Made by a program: the position numbers and the translations under genes | The notes under the pieces: model-generated | The model's database searches: none | The model's input: the letters and a program-made list of their open reading frames with translations, nothing else | Told to the model about the DNA's origin: nothing | Shown here: one piece after another, positions 47,649-56,339 of the stretch | Layout of the letters: every line of letters starts with the position of its first letter | Position numbering within the stretch: the stretch's first letter is position 1 | DNA from: Treponemataceae bacterium | GTDB lineage: Bacteria; Spirochaetota; Spirochaetia; Treponematales; Rectinemataceae | Length of the DNA stretch: 64,000 nt | Assembly: GCA_963667725.2 (NCBI GenBank) | Contig: CAXXHO010000003.1 | Location: 2,144,001 to 2,208,000 of the forward strand | Direction: 5' to 3'

Positions 47649-49013
47649 ATGGAACGAGATGTCATGGCATATCTTGTGCGATGGAAGGATTCCCGACACC
47701 GAAAACCTCTTGTCATGAGAGGACTGCGTCAGGTAGGAAAAACCTGGATTCTCAAGGAATTCGGCACAAAATACTACGAAAATCTGGCATATTTTAACTT
47801 TGAGGAAAGGCCGGAGATAGCCTCTTTCTTCGAAACCACAAAGGATGCAGGAAGAATCATCTCCAATCTTTCCATGTTGCATGGTCAGCCCATCCATCCT
47901 GGCAAGACGCTTATCGTCTTCGATGAAATACAGGAATGCAACTCGGCATTGAACTCGCTGAAGTATTTTCAGGAAAATGCCCCCGAATACCATATCGCCT
48001 GCGCGGGATCGTTGCTGGGAATCGCGCTATCGAAGCCAAGCTCCTTTCCCGTCGGGAAGGTGGATTTTTTAAATGTCCGGCCTATGTCGTTTTCGGAATT
48101 CCTCGCCGCCAATGGAGACAAGAATCTTGTCGAGTACCTGCATGGCCTGGAGTCTATCGGTCCCATTCCAGAAGCTTTTTTCAACCCGCTTATTGAAAGG
48201 CTCAAGGCATATTTCGTGACGGGAGGCATGCCAGAATCGATTCTAGCTTGGACAGAACATCGAGATGCGGGGCGGGTTCAGGAGGTGCTGAGCGCAATAT
48301 TGGATGCCTATGCGCTCGATTTTTCGAAGCATGCGCCGGTAAAAGATATCCCCAAACTCGGCATGATCTGGAATTCCATTCCTTCCCAGCTAGCCAGGGA
48401 AAATAAAAAGTTTCTCTATAATGCGATGAGGACGGGAGCAAGGGCTCGGGAATACGAAGACGCCCTCGCGTGGTTATGCGACGCGGGGCTCGCCCATAAG
48501 GTGTTCAGATGTTCGAAACCCGGCCTTCCTTTGTCGGCATATGAAGACGGATCGGCATTTAAAATCTATATGGCCGATGTGGGAATACTACGTCGTAAGG
48601 CTCAGCTGGATCCATCGGCCTTCGGGGATGGCGTACGTCTTTTCACGGAGTTCAAAGGCGCGTTGACGGAAAACTATGTCTTGCAAGGATTGGTCGCACT
48701 GCTGGGCGAGACTCCTCGATACTGGAGTTCTGGTGGACTAGCCGAAGTGGATTTTCTCATACAATGGAAAAACTTGATAATCCCCGTAGAAGTGAAGGCC
48801 GATCGAAATGTACGTTCAAAAAGTTTGGCTCTCTATGGCCAGAAATATAGTGCCGACACGCCGATCAAGATACGATTCTCCCTGAATAATCTTCGACTGG
48901 ATGGGAATATTCTCAATATACCTCTTTTCATGATCGACGAACTGAAAAGACTTCTCATCCTCGCTCTCGAGCAGCAGGCTCAGCCGAACAAAGCCCCCCA
49001 ACCGAAAGCGTAG
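47649..49013 (+). CDS. AAA_14 ATPase with a DUF4143 (PD-(D/E)XK-like) C-terminus
   Basis: GLRQVGKT, FDEIQ, AGSLLG, GGMPE, KIYMADVG, GALTENYV, EVDFL...IPVEVK. Visibly more AT-rich than its neighbours. Confidence 0.9.
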   Translation: MERDVMAYLVRWKDSRHRKPLVMRGLRQVGKTWILKEFGTKYYENLAYFNFEERPEIASFFETTKDAGRIISNLSMLHGQPIHPGKTLIVFDEIQECNSALNSLKYFQENAPEYHIACAGSLLGIALSKPSSFPVGKVDFLNVRPMSFSEFLAANGDKNLVEYLHGLESIGPIPEAFFNPLIERLKAYFVTGGMPESILAWTEHRDAGRVQEVLSAILDAYALDFSKHAPVKDIPKLGMIWNSIPSQLARENKKFLYNAMRTGARAREYEDALAWLCDAGLAHKVFRCSKPGLPLSAYEDGSAFKIYMADVGILRRKAQLDPSAFGDGVRLFTEFKGALTENYVLQGLVALLGETPRYWSSGGLAEVDFLIQWKNLIIPVEVKADRNVRSKSLALYGQKYSADTPIKIRFSLNNLRLDGNILNIPLFMIDELKRLLILALEQQAQPNKAPQPKA

Positions 49014-50389
49014 AGAAGTCCCGCGGCCAGGAAGAGAAGGCTGAAGCGCCAATTCCAGCGCAGGGCTACGTCGACGGCCTTGGTGTCGATCAACCTGGAA
49101 ATAGTCATGATGACGCCGGCGAAGGGCGTGACCATGTAGGCCGCCGCCCCGCCGACGGCCAGGGAAAGCGCCACCGTGATGGGCGGGAGGGGAAGGGCTA
49201 TGAGGGCCAGCACCTTCCCGAACAGCAGGATCGTGATGAAGGGATGCAGCCCGATAATAGAGCCCGCGACGATCCCCAGGGCGATGAAGATGATGGAAGC
49301 GGCGCCCAGGGAGCCAGCGGCGGCTTTGAGAAAGGGGGCGGCCCGCTCGAGCAGGCCCGACACCTCGAGAGCGCCCGAGAATACGCCCATGGCGACGAAG
49401 AAAGGCGCTATATCGGCCACCTTGAGGGTGCCCTGGAGCCACTGTGTCTTGAGGGCCTCTTTCATGCCCGGCTTCTTGGCCTGGCTTAAAATCCAGCAGA
49501 TGACGATGAGGGCGCCCGCCAATACCGTCCGCCCCGACGCGGCACCGATATGGAACCATTCCAGAAGGGCGGCAGCCAGGACAAAGGCTCCCGCGACGAC
49601 GAGGATATGGACGATTCTGCCGCCGCCAGCCACTTTTTCCGGTCCCGGCAGCTGGCCGACCAGGGCTTCGGCGCCGGCGAAGTCCTCGGCATCGCGGCGC
49701 TCTGCCGGCAGCTCTTCCTTTTCCTGCTTACCGAAGACTTCCGCGAAATAGGATACTCCCATCCCCAGGCAGGCCAGGATGAAGCCGGGCACGAATACCT
49801 TCGACCATGTCAGCCCGCTCGCCTGCACCACGAGGGAGAGGTTCACGGCTCCCGGCGACCAGAGGGCGGCAAGAACATAGCCCCGCGTGGATACTCGGGC
49901 GTAAAAGCGCCTCCAGTCCGAGACTCGAGCCTTCAAGGTTTCCTCGAAGAGGCCCACCGTCACGGGGAGAGCGCCCAGATTGAGAAAACAGGCCAGGATG
50001 TGGATCGTGAAGGTCATGAAGAGAAAGAGTGAAGATGTGCGCTTGAACCTGCCTTCCATCCAGGATTTGATGGCCATATCGTAGCCGCCCACCTTTATCG
50101 GGACGATGAAGGTCTGCATAACGGCCACGATGGCGATGATGTTGGTCATGGAGGATGCCGACTTCATCCAGACATCGAAGGGCTGGCGCCCCAGGGCGAG
50201 CATGACAATCCCGAGGGCAAGGAACACGATGGCAGCCTTCTGGAAGCCCTTGCTCATCAAGGGAAAGCCCGATACGAGAGCCGCCGCGGCGGCCAGGAAC
50301 AGAAGCCAGCCCGACTCCAATCCGAAAAGCGTTCCGCCCAGATTCAGGGCAATAATGGTAAAAACACTGACGCGGAACAGACTCTTCAT
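48980..50389 (-). CDS. Polytopic membrane protein, probable secondary transporter
   Basis: About 12-13 hydrophobic segments in two halves with a central polar loop; RGY..AALWSP and GLHP motifs. Confidence 0.7.
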   Translation of the reverse strand: MKSLFRVSVFTIIALNLGGTLFGLESGWLLFLAAAAALVSGFPLMSKGFQKAAIVFLALGIVMLALGRQPFDVWMKSASSMTNIIAIVAVMQTFIVPIKVGGYDMAIKSWMEGRFKRTSSLFLFMTFTIHILACFLNLGALPVTVGLFEETLKARVSDWRRFYARVSTRGYVLAALWSPGAVNLSLVVQASGLTWSKVFVPGFILACLGMGVSYFAEVFGKQEKEELPAERRDAEDFAGAEALVGQLPGPEKVAGGGRIVHILVVAGAFVLAAALLEWFHIGAASGRTVLAGALIVICWILSQAKKPGMKEALKTQWLQGTLKVADIAPFFVAMGVFSGALEVSGLLERAAPFLKAAAGSLGAASIIFIALGIVAGSIIGLHPFITILLFGKVLALIALPLPPITVALSLAVGGAAAYMVTPFAGVIMTISRLIDTKAVDVALRWNWRFSLLFLAAGLLYAFGWGALFG

Positions 50390-50421
50390 CGAAATTCTCC
50401 CAAGATATGTGCTTGAGAGGA

Positions 50422-51240
50422 TTATAGCAGAAAACCCTTCAACCTTTCGATGCTTTCCGGCGCCGATCCTTCATAATGATTGTTGACGTCGATCCGGACC
50501 TCGCGCCCCGACGAGACCAGGTCCGAGACCATCGCGGCAATATGGGGGAGCTCAGGCTTCGGATCGATGATTTTGTCCCAGCGTCCGCCCGAAGCTTCCT
50601 CAATCTTCTTCCGGTCGCCGCCGAGCAGGCGAATGATGACGAGATCGTTAAGAAGCCTCGAGTAGCGCGTGTAGAGCTCGACGATGGGCGGCATATACAG
50701 CTTTTCCGAGAAGACATGTGAGGCCTTGGCCTCAGCCAGGAAGGAAAACCAAGCTTCGTCGAGGTAAGGCCCGTTGCGCGGCTCCAGGGCGATGGGAATA
50801 TCCCTGGACACGCGATCGAGGAAGACGCGCAACGCATCGATGAAGGCTTGCTGCCCCGGCATCTTCTGGCGGTTCAGATACTCGAATTCGAGGATGATAG
50901 CGCCGACTTGGCCTTTGATCGGCGCGAGCCTCTCGAGGAAGTGACCGAAAAGCTCGGCCGAGAGGAATGCGGGATTCGGCTCCATGCCGCCCCGCTTATG
51001 CGTAAGCGTGATATCCCGGGGCGCCTTGACGATGAAGCTGAACCCCGGATCGACGGCGGCCGAGTACTCCTCAACTTCCCTGATGGTCGGAATCTTGTAG
51101 AACCAGGAATCGACTTCGACCATCCTGAAGCGCTTCGCGTACGTGGCAAGGTAGTCGATGGATCGCGGTTCAGGCTGGTCGTACACCAGCCCAACCCAGG
51201 AGTCATAGTTCCAGGAACAGGTGCCGATGTGGAGTGGCAT
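50422..51240 (-). CDS. DUF72 (YecE-like) protein
   Basis: IGTCSW.Y..W.G..Y, VEVDS.FY..P, VKAP..ITL, E.RN, IRL.G, NNHYEG.A. Confidence 0.9.
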   Translation of the reverse strand: MPLHIGTCSWNYDSWVGLVYDQPEPRSIDYLATYAKRFRMVEVDSWFYKIPTIREVEEYSAAVDPGFSFIVKAPRDITLTHKRGGMEPNPAFLSAELFGHFLERLAPIKGQVGAIILEFEYLNRQKMPGQQAFIDALRVFLDRVSRDIPIALEPRNGPYLDEAWFSFLAEAKASHVFSEKLYMPPIVELYTRYSRLLNDLVIIRLLGGDRKKIEEASGGRWDKIIDPKPELPHIAAMVSDLVSSGREVRIDVNNHYEGSAPESIERLKGFLL

Positions 51241-51352
51241 ATATTAAGAATATAGCATTCAAAAAGTGCAAACTAAAGAGCAAAGACTATTGCGAGATTG
51301 ATATCTTGAGTAATTACGTAAGGATAAATTCTTTTTAAACAAGAATTGAGGC

Positions 51353-51423
51353 TTGCATGGATTCCGGAGTGGGGTAGAATGATGGCTTAGGAGTTATACG
51401 GAACACACGAATTGTTGTTAGAA
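51353..51423 (+). promoter_or_regulatory. Candidate cassette promoter and attI-like site
   Basis: TTGCAT-N16-TAGAAT, then GAGTTATACGGAAC...ATTGTT-G/TTAGAA, ending in the cassette core site. Confidence 0.4.
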
Positions 51424-52065
51424 AGACGCCTCCGGCGCCGGGGATGAAGAATCTACATTGGAGCGTACTATGCATATCAAGAAAATCGTTGGTGACAAAT
51501 GCTATCTTTCTCCAATCGATCTCGAAGACACTAATCTCTATCTCGAGTGGCTGAACTGTGAGGATGTTTACAAATACCTCCTTGTAGGAACAAGCGTTCT
51601 TACCTATGAAACTGAGAAAGAAGCCTTGATTAGGCTTTCAAAAGAGCATGTGTATGGCATTATCGATAAAGAGACTGATACTTTAATCGGCAATGTTGGA
51701 CTTATGAGTCTCAATCATATTCATAAAACGGCAGAAGTAGGAATCTTCATCGGGAATCAAGACTATTGGGGCAAAGGCTATGGGACTGAAGCATTAAGAC
51801 TTCTTGTGGATTATGCTTTTAGGATATTGGGACTGGAGAACATAATGTTGAAGACGTATGACTATAATGTACGAGCACAAAAGAGTTATAAGAAAGTAGG
51901 GTTTAAAGTAATGGGTGTAAGAAGGAGCTCGCATTACTATAATAATGAACGGCATGATGATATTTATATGGATATAGTAAAAGAAGACTTCTATAGGCAA
52001 TAAGCAGAAAGAAGCTTCTAACAATCGCTTCAACCCGACTCGGCAACTGGTGGGTTAAGCCAATG
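51418..52065 (+). mobile_element. Integron gene cassette (648 bp) carrying a GNAT gene
   Basis: Left core G/TTAGAA (51417) is the exact reverse complement of inverse core TTCTAAC (52016). Contains one low-GC ORF with an attC directly after it. Confidence 0.85.
51470..52003 (+). CDS. GNAT N-acetyltransferase (RimJ/RimL-like)
   Basis: LIGNVGL, AEVGIFIG..YWGKGYGTEA, N.RA.K.Y.KVGF; strongly AT-rich. Confidence 0.92.
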   Translation: MHIKKIVGDKCYLSPIDLEDTNLYLEWLNCEDVYKYLLVGTSVLTYETEKEALIRLSKEHVYGIIDKETDTLIGNVGLMSLNHIHKTAEVGIFIGNQDYWGKGYGTEALRLLVDYAFRILGLENIMLKTYDYNVRAQKSYKKVGFKVMGVRRSSHYYNNERHDDIYMDIVKEDFYRQ

Positions 52066-52071
52066 TTAGGC
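52016..52071 (+). mobile_element. attC recombination site (56 bp)
   Basis: R'' TTCTAAC-N5-L'' CTTCAACC ... L' GGTTAAG-N5-R' GTTAGGC. Arms pair with two unpaired bases (GCTTcAACCCgAC vs GTGGGTTAAGC). Confidence 0.85.
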
Positions 52072-52243
52072 ATGTGAGCTTGATTACAGGCCAATGGCAG
52101 ATATTTGTCATGGCCCAGTTTGAAGACACGGAACATATGCACAGTTTTTATCGGATAAATTGATATCAGTTCCCGGCATTATGGAGTTCGAGGTCGTTTA
52201 CCTGGTGAAGACTCTGAAATTTTCCATGAGCTTCTTTGACTAG
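52065..52243 (+). pseudogene. Remnant of an Lrp/AsnC C-terminal (RAM) domain, 5'-truncated and frameshifted
   Basis: VRHVSLITGQWQIFVMAQFEDTEHMHSF / SDKLISVPGIMEFEVVYLVKTLK reads through if one T is added to the T5 run at 52145-52149. Confidence 0.6.
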
Positions 52244-52265
52244 GTACAAAAGCATATTGCAGCCA

Positions 52266-52310
52266 TAAACCCTATGGGGTATATTCTTGATATATACCTT
52301 ATGGGGGATA
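52266..52310. promoter_or_regulatory. Two HipB-type operators
   Basis: TAAAC-N8-GTATA (52266-52283) and TATAC-N8-GGATA (52293-52310), against the HipB consensus TATCC-N8-GGATA. Confidence 0.65.
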
Positions 52311-52311
52311 T

Positions 52312-52563
52312 ATGGAGAACTTCGTCTTCACGCCGCAACAGCTTGCACATACCTTGAGAAGCCGGCGAAAGGCACTCAATCTCACGCAGAAAGAAGTTGC
52401 CGGGCTTGTTGGGCTACTGCCAAAAACCATCTCCGCTCTCGAGACAGAACCTGACCGATGTTCCGTGAAAAGCCTTCGACACCTACTCGCCGCGTTAAGA
52501 CTTGAGCTTGTGCTAAATCCCAAAAGCGATGGCGAAGCGACAAAAAGCTCGGCGGAATGGTGA
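52312..52563 (+). CDS. hipB: HipB-like XRE HTH protein
   Basis: TPQQLA..LR.RRK..NLTQ.EVA..VGL...TIS.LE..P, terminal EW, upstream operators. Confidence 0.75.
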   Translation: MENFVFTPQQLAHTLRSRRKALNLTQKEVAGLVGLLPKTISALETEPDRCSVKSLRHLLAALRLELVLNPKSDGEATKSSAEW

Positions 52564-53288
52564 AGAAGATTATTAAGTCATCCTATATCGACGTCGCGGG
52601 CATCCAGGTCGAGGTGGTCCGTAAGGTGATAAGACAGCTGCGTATCACCGTCTACCCGCCGGATGGCAGGGTTCGTTTGGCCGTTCCCTTTTGGGTGGGC
52701 GCAGAGGCTGTCAAGCTCGCGGTGGTCGAGCGCCTCGCGTGGATCAGGAGTCACCAGGAGAAGTTCGTGGGCCAGGTTCGCCCACCGGAACGCGAGATGG
52801 CGGAGGGCGAGACGCATTGGTTTCAAGGGAAAAGATACAGCCTCGCGATCCGGGAAGTCGCGGGACGCGAAAGCGTCGCTTTAAAAGGGCTCGATACGAT
52901 GGAGCTGGCCCTTCGCGCCGGATCGGAGGTCGGGCATCGGCGAGACCTCCTCGACCGCTGGTACCGCAAGCAGCTGAAGCTTGAGATAGCCCCTTTGATC
53001 GCGAAGTGGGAGCCTGCGCTCGGCGTGAAAGCCGCTTCCTGGGGCGTACGGAAGATGAAGACCCGATGGGGCAGCTGCAACGTCAAAGCCAGGCGCCTCT
53101 GGTGCAACCTGGAACTCGCGAAAAAACCGCCCGAATGCCTCGAGTATGTCGTCGTCCACGAGCTCGTGCATCTGCTGGAACGGCGCCACGATGCGCGATT
53201 CAAGGCGCTCATGACGCTCCATCTTCCTCAATGGAAGCAAATCAAGAAACGATTGAACGCGGCCCCTCTCGCTGATGGGTCGCGCTAG
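52557..53288 (+). CDS. YgjP/DUF45 (M48/SprT-like) zinc metallo-hydrolase
   Basis: MKTRWGSCN, LEYVVVHELVHL..RH..RF, P.W; start overlaps the hipB stop. Confidence 0.9.
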   Translation: MVKKIIKSSYIDVAGIQVEVVRKVIRQLRITVYPPDGRVRLAVPFWVGAEAVKLAVVERLAWIRSHQEKFVGQVRPPEREMAEGETHWFQGKRYSLAIREVAGRESVALKGLDTMELALRAGSEVGHRRDLLDRWYRKQLKLEIAPLIAKWEPALGVKAASWGVRKMKTRWGSCNVKARRLWCNLELAKKPPECLEYVVVHELVHLLERRHDARFKALMTLHLPQWKQIKKRLNAAPLADGSR

Positions 53289-53410
53289 CTTCTAATCCTG
53301 GAACATCAAGAAGTTTTTGGTTTGGCACCCGCAAAAAAATGTGCTTGACAATCGGGGGAGCGCGGGCAAAGATTTCTGGAATTCTTAACGATGAAAACAC
53401 GTGGGGCGTG

Positions 53411-55093
53411 ATGATGATGCAACGATCAAGGTTTTTAGTCCGTGGAACACTGCTGTTGATGATAGGCTTTCTTCTGGCGAGCGCGAGCAACGCTGATGAA
53501 GCGTCCAACCTGCTGGCTGTCTATGAAAACCAGGTTCCGGCATGGGAAGCCTGCGACCCTGGCACCTTGAGCGACGACTACAAAGGGCTGCTGACCATGT
53601 TCGGCGAGAGGGCGAGCCGAGCCACCATAAAGGTTCCGCTCAACTACGCCGATCCCGAGCGCGGCGACATCGAAGTCGCCCTTCTCAAGGTGGCGGCGGG
53701 GGATCCACAGCGGCGCCGAGGCGCCATCCTCATCAACCCGGGCGGGCCGGGAGAGGATGGTCTGCCTTACAGCCTGCTGTTCGGCTATCTATGGGGAGAG
53801 GCCAACCCCGCCACGGACAGCGAATCCGGCAAGCTTTTCAGGGAGATCGCGCAATGCTACGACCTGGTCGGCTTCTCGCCGCGGGGAACCGGCTCCAGCA
53901 CGCGATTGCGCTGTACGTCAGACGAAAAACTGATGCCCGCCGGCATCCTCGTCGCCGACAAGGGCGCGGAAAACGCGCGAAACAACCTGCTCAACGCCCG
54001 CCTGAGAGCGGAGGCCTGCCTGAGCAATCCGTTGACGCCCTATATCAACTCCGACGCCACCGCCCGCGACATGGATATCATACGGTGCGCGCTAGGCGAC
54101 GACAAACTGAACTATCTGGGCATCTCGTACGGGACATGGCTCGGCACCTGGTACGCTGGCCTCTTTCCCGAGCGGGTCGGGCGCATGGTGATGATCGGCA
54201 ACACCGATATAACCGCGAAGCTCAACGATACGCTGTTGCCGCAGGAAATGGCGATGCAGAGGGTGATGGACGAGATTCTGGCCCCCTACGCCGCCGAAAA
54301 TCCGGAAGTCTTCAAGCTCGGCGGCTCCGCCGAGGAAGTGCGTCAGGCCTTCCGTTCGCTGCGGGGGAATCTGCTCGATGTGACATCGGCCCTCCTGCAC
54401 GAGACCATCGCCCAATCCGTCAACGCACACGTCACGTTGTTCACCTTTTATGCCGCGAAGACCGTGCAAGGCTTGCTCGGCGCCTATTCGCCCGAAACGG
54501 AGGAATCGCTCAACACCCTGCTCGAGAAGAATGAATGGGGAGTCCCTCCGGACTTCCGCGATCTGGTGCTTGATAGGGCCAAGACGATCGGCAAGGATTA
54601 TTTCCAAAAGCTGCGGATGGAGACCGGCACCGTCGACATGGATTCATTCGACGCCGTTGGCTGGGCCGTGCAATGCAACGACGCGGGAACCTCGTACGAC
54701 GCCGACGCCTGGGTTCAGGCAAGCGCTTTCAACGCCGAACTCTACCCCCTTTTCGGCGGCTCAGGCATCGAGAATCCCTGCCTGTACTGGGGCGGTCAAA
54801 GGGTACAGCGGCCGCCCGTCGATACCACAGCCCGCGCCGGGGGCTTCGTCATGCTGCAGTCGGAGTTCGATCCCTATACGATCCTGGAAGGGGCATTGAA
54901 AACATTCGCGGCTCTGCCCAACGCCAGCCTGATCGTCGTGAAACGCGAATTCCAGCATTTCGTCCTCCTGCCCTACGGGGACGACAACGTCGATAGGCCG
55001 ATCGCCGAATATCTGCTTTATGGCATCCAGCCGCCGCGCCTGACCGTCTGCGAGGGGAAGCCACTGCCGACTTTCGAGGTACGGAAACCCTGA
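53411..55093 (+). CDS. Secreted alpha/beta-hydrolase peptidase (TAP-like, S33)
   Basis: Signal peptide; VPLNY..P, INPGGPG, PRGTG.S, ARDMD, GISYGT, DPYT. Confidence 0.87.
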   Translation: MMMQRSRFLVRGTLLLMIGFLLASASNADEASNLLAVYENQVPAWEACDPGTLSDDYKGLLTMFGERASRATIKVPLNYADPERGDIEVALLKVAAGDPQRRRGAILINPGGPGEDGLPYSLLFGYLWGEANPATDSESGKLFREIAQCYDLVGFSPRGTGSSTRLRCTSDEKLMPAGILVADKGAENARNNLLNARLRAEACLSNPLTPYINSDATARDMDIIRCALGDDKLNYLGISYGTWLGTWYAGLFPERVGRMVMIGNTDITAKLNDTLLPQEMAMQRVMDEILAPYAAENPEVFKLGGSAEEVRQAFRSLRGNLLDVTSALLHETIAQSVNAHVTLFTFYAAKTVQGLLGAYSPETEESLNTLLEKNEWGVPPDFRDLVLDRAKTIGKDYFQKLRMETGTVDMDSFDAVGWAVQCNDAGTSYDADAWVQASAFNAELYPLFGGSGIENPCLYWGGQRVQRPPVDTTARAGGFVMLQSEFDPYTILEGALKTFAALPNASLIVVKREFQHFVLLPYGDDNVDRPIAEYLLYGIQPPRLTVCEGKPLPTFEVRKP

Positions 55094-55109
55094 TTCCGAA
55101 GTCAAACCT

Positions 55110-56339
55110 TCAGGCTATGGCTGCGGCCACGATGCGCGCCGCCGCGGCGATATCCTCGGACCTGCTGAACTCGGCCGGGTTGTGGCTTATCCCGTCCTTG
55201 CTTGCCACGAAGAGCATGGCCGTGGGCAGGAAGGGGGCGATGATGGCGCTGTCGTGCAAAGCCCCGCTCGAGGCGTCGGGGAGGAGAATCCCCAATTCGG
55301 CTCCAGCCTTGCGCAGGCGATCGCAGAGATCGGGGTCGAAGGGCAAGGCCGGCAGGTTCTCGAAACATTCGATCCGGGTTTGAAGGCCCCGCTTTTCCCC
55401 GATGGAGGAGAGGAGCTGTCGGATCGAGCCGTCGCCCGAGGCGAGGGCTTCATTGGAAGGCGAGCGGAAGTCGAGCATGAAGTCAGCCCTCCCAGGGACG
55501 ACGTTCACCGCGTTGGGCGACACGGTCAAGGCTCCTGTCGTCAGGGTCGATCCGGGGTGGACGCGGTCTATTTCCCTTCCCAGAGCCTCAAGGCCGAGAA
55601 TGAGCTCGGCGGCTCCCGCGAGGGCGTCGAATCGGTCCGACATGGCTGTCGAGCCCGCGTGGTTGGCAACTCCCTGAAATTGCCCCGAGTACTGTCTCCT
55701 CCCGTTGACCGTGGTGACCACGGCGAGGGGCAAGCCTTTTTTCCACAAGCCCAAGCCCTGCTCAACATGCACTTCGAGGAGGCCTTTATAGCGGCCTAAG
55801 GGAAAGCCGAAGCTCCCGGCGCGGATCATGTCAGGCGCGACGCCCAAATCCTTTCCGGCGGTCACAATATCGATTCCGGCGCGATTCTTCAGTTTTCTGA
55901 TTTGTTCTATCTCTATCGTTCCCGCCCAGGCACGGCTTCCCAGCATGGCGATGCCGAAGGTGGTACCCTCTTCCTCGGCGAAAATCACGAGCTCCAGGGC
56001 GGCCTTGGGCCTTGTCCTCAGGAGTTCGAGGGCCACGACCACGCCGACAACCCCGTCGAATTTCCCGCCGCTCGGCACCGTGTCGATGTGCGATCCGCAG
56101 AGCCAGGCGGGCTCATCCCAGGAGAGGGCTGAAGGACGCGCGTGGACGTTTCCGATAGGGTCAGTCCTCACCGAACAGCCCAGTTTCCGGGCTTCCTCGA
56201 TGACGTAATCGCGAGCCGCCTTCCATGAAGGGGAAAACGTGGGGCGGTCGTATCCGGCGGCGGGGTCGGATTCGTTCCATTCTGCTATGGTTTCGATATC
56301 GCGCATCAGCCTTATTTCGGAGATTTCGGTGTTCCGCAT
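55110..56339 (-). CDS. M20 Zn amidohydrolase (allantoate amidohydrolase / N-carbamoylase family)
   Basis: GSHIDTVP.GG.FDG, EEEG, EVHVEQG, ANHAG, SGALHD, GISHNP.E. Confidence 0.9.
   Translation of the reverse strand: MRNTEISEIRLMRDIETIAEWNESDPAAGYDRPTFSPSWKAARDYVIEEARKLGCSVRTDPIGNVHARPSALSWDEPAWLCGSHIDTVPSGGKFDGVVGVVVALELLRTRPKAALELVIFAEEEGTTFGIAMLGSRAWAGTIEIEQIRKLKNRAGIDIVTAGKDLGVAPDMIRAGSFGFPLGRYKGLLEVHVEQGLGLWKKGLPLAVVTTVNGRRQYSGQFQGVANHAGSTAMSDRFDALAGAAELILGLEALGREIDRVHPGSTLTTGALTVSPNAVNVVPGRADFMLDFRSPSNEALASGDGSIRQLLSSIGEKRGLQTRIECFENLPALPFDPDLCDRLRKAGAELGILLPDASSGALHDSAIIAPFLPTAMLFVASKDGISHNPAEFSRSEDIAAAARIVAAAIA

Noticed and set aside
51376..51416. 5' half of the asnC-like gene upstream of the cassette (simple insertion model)
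   Set aside because: The in-frame upstream translation (NDGLGVIRNTRIV) meets a stop within 14 codons and does not resemble Lrp/AsnC, so the two flanks are not halves of one gene.
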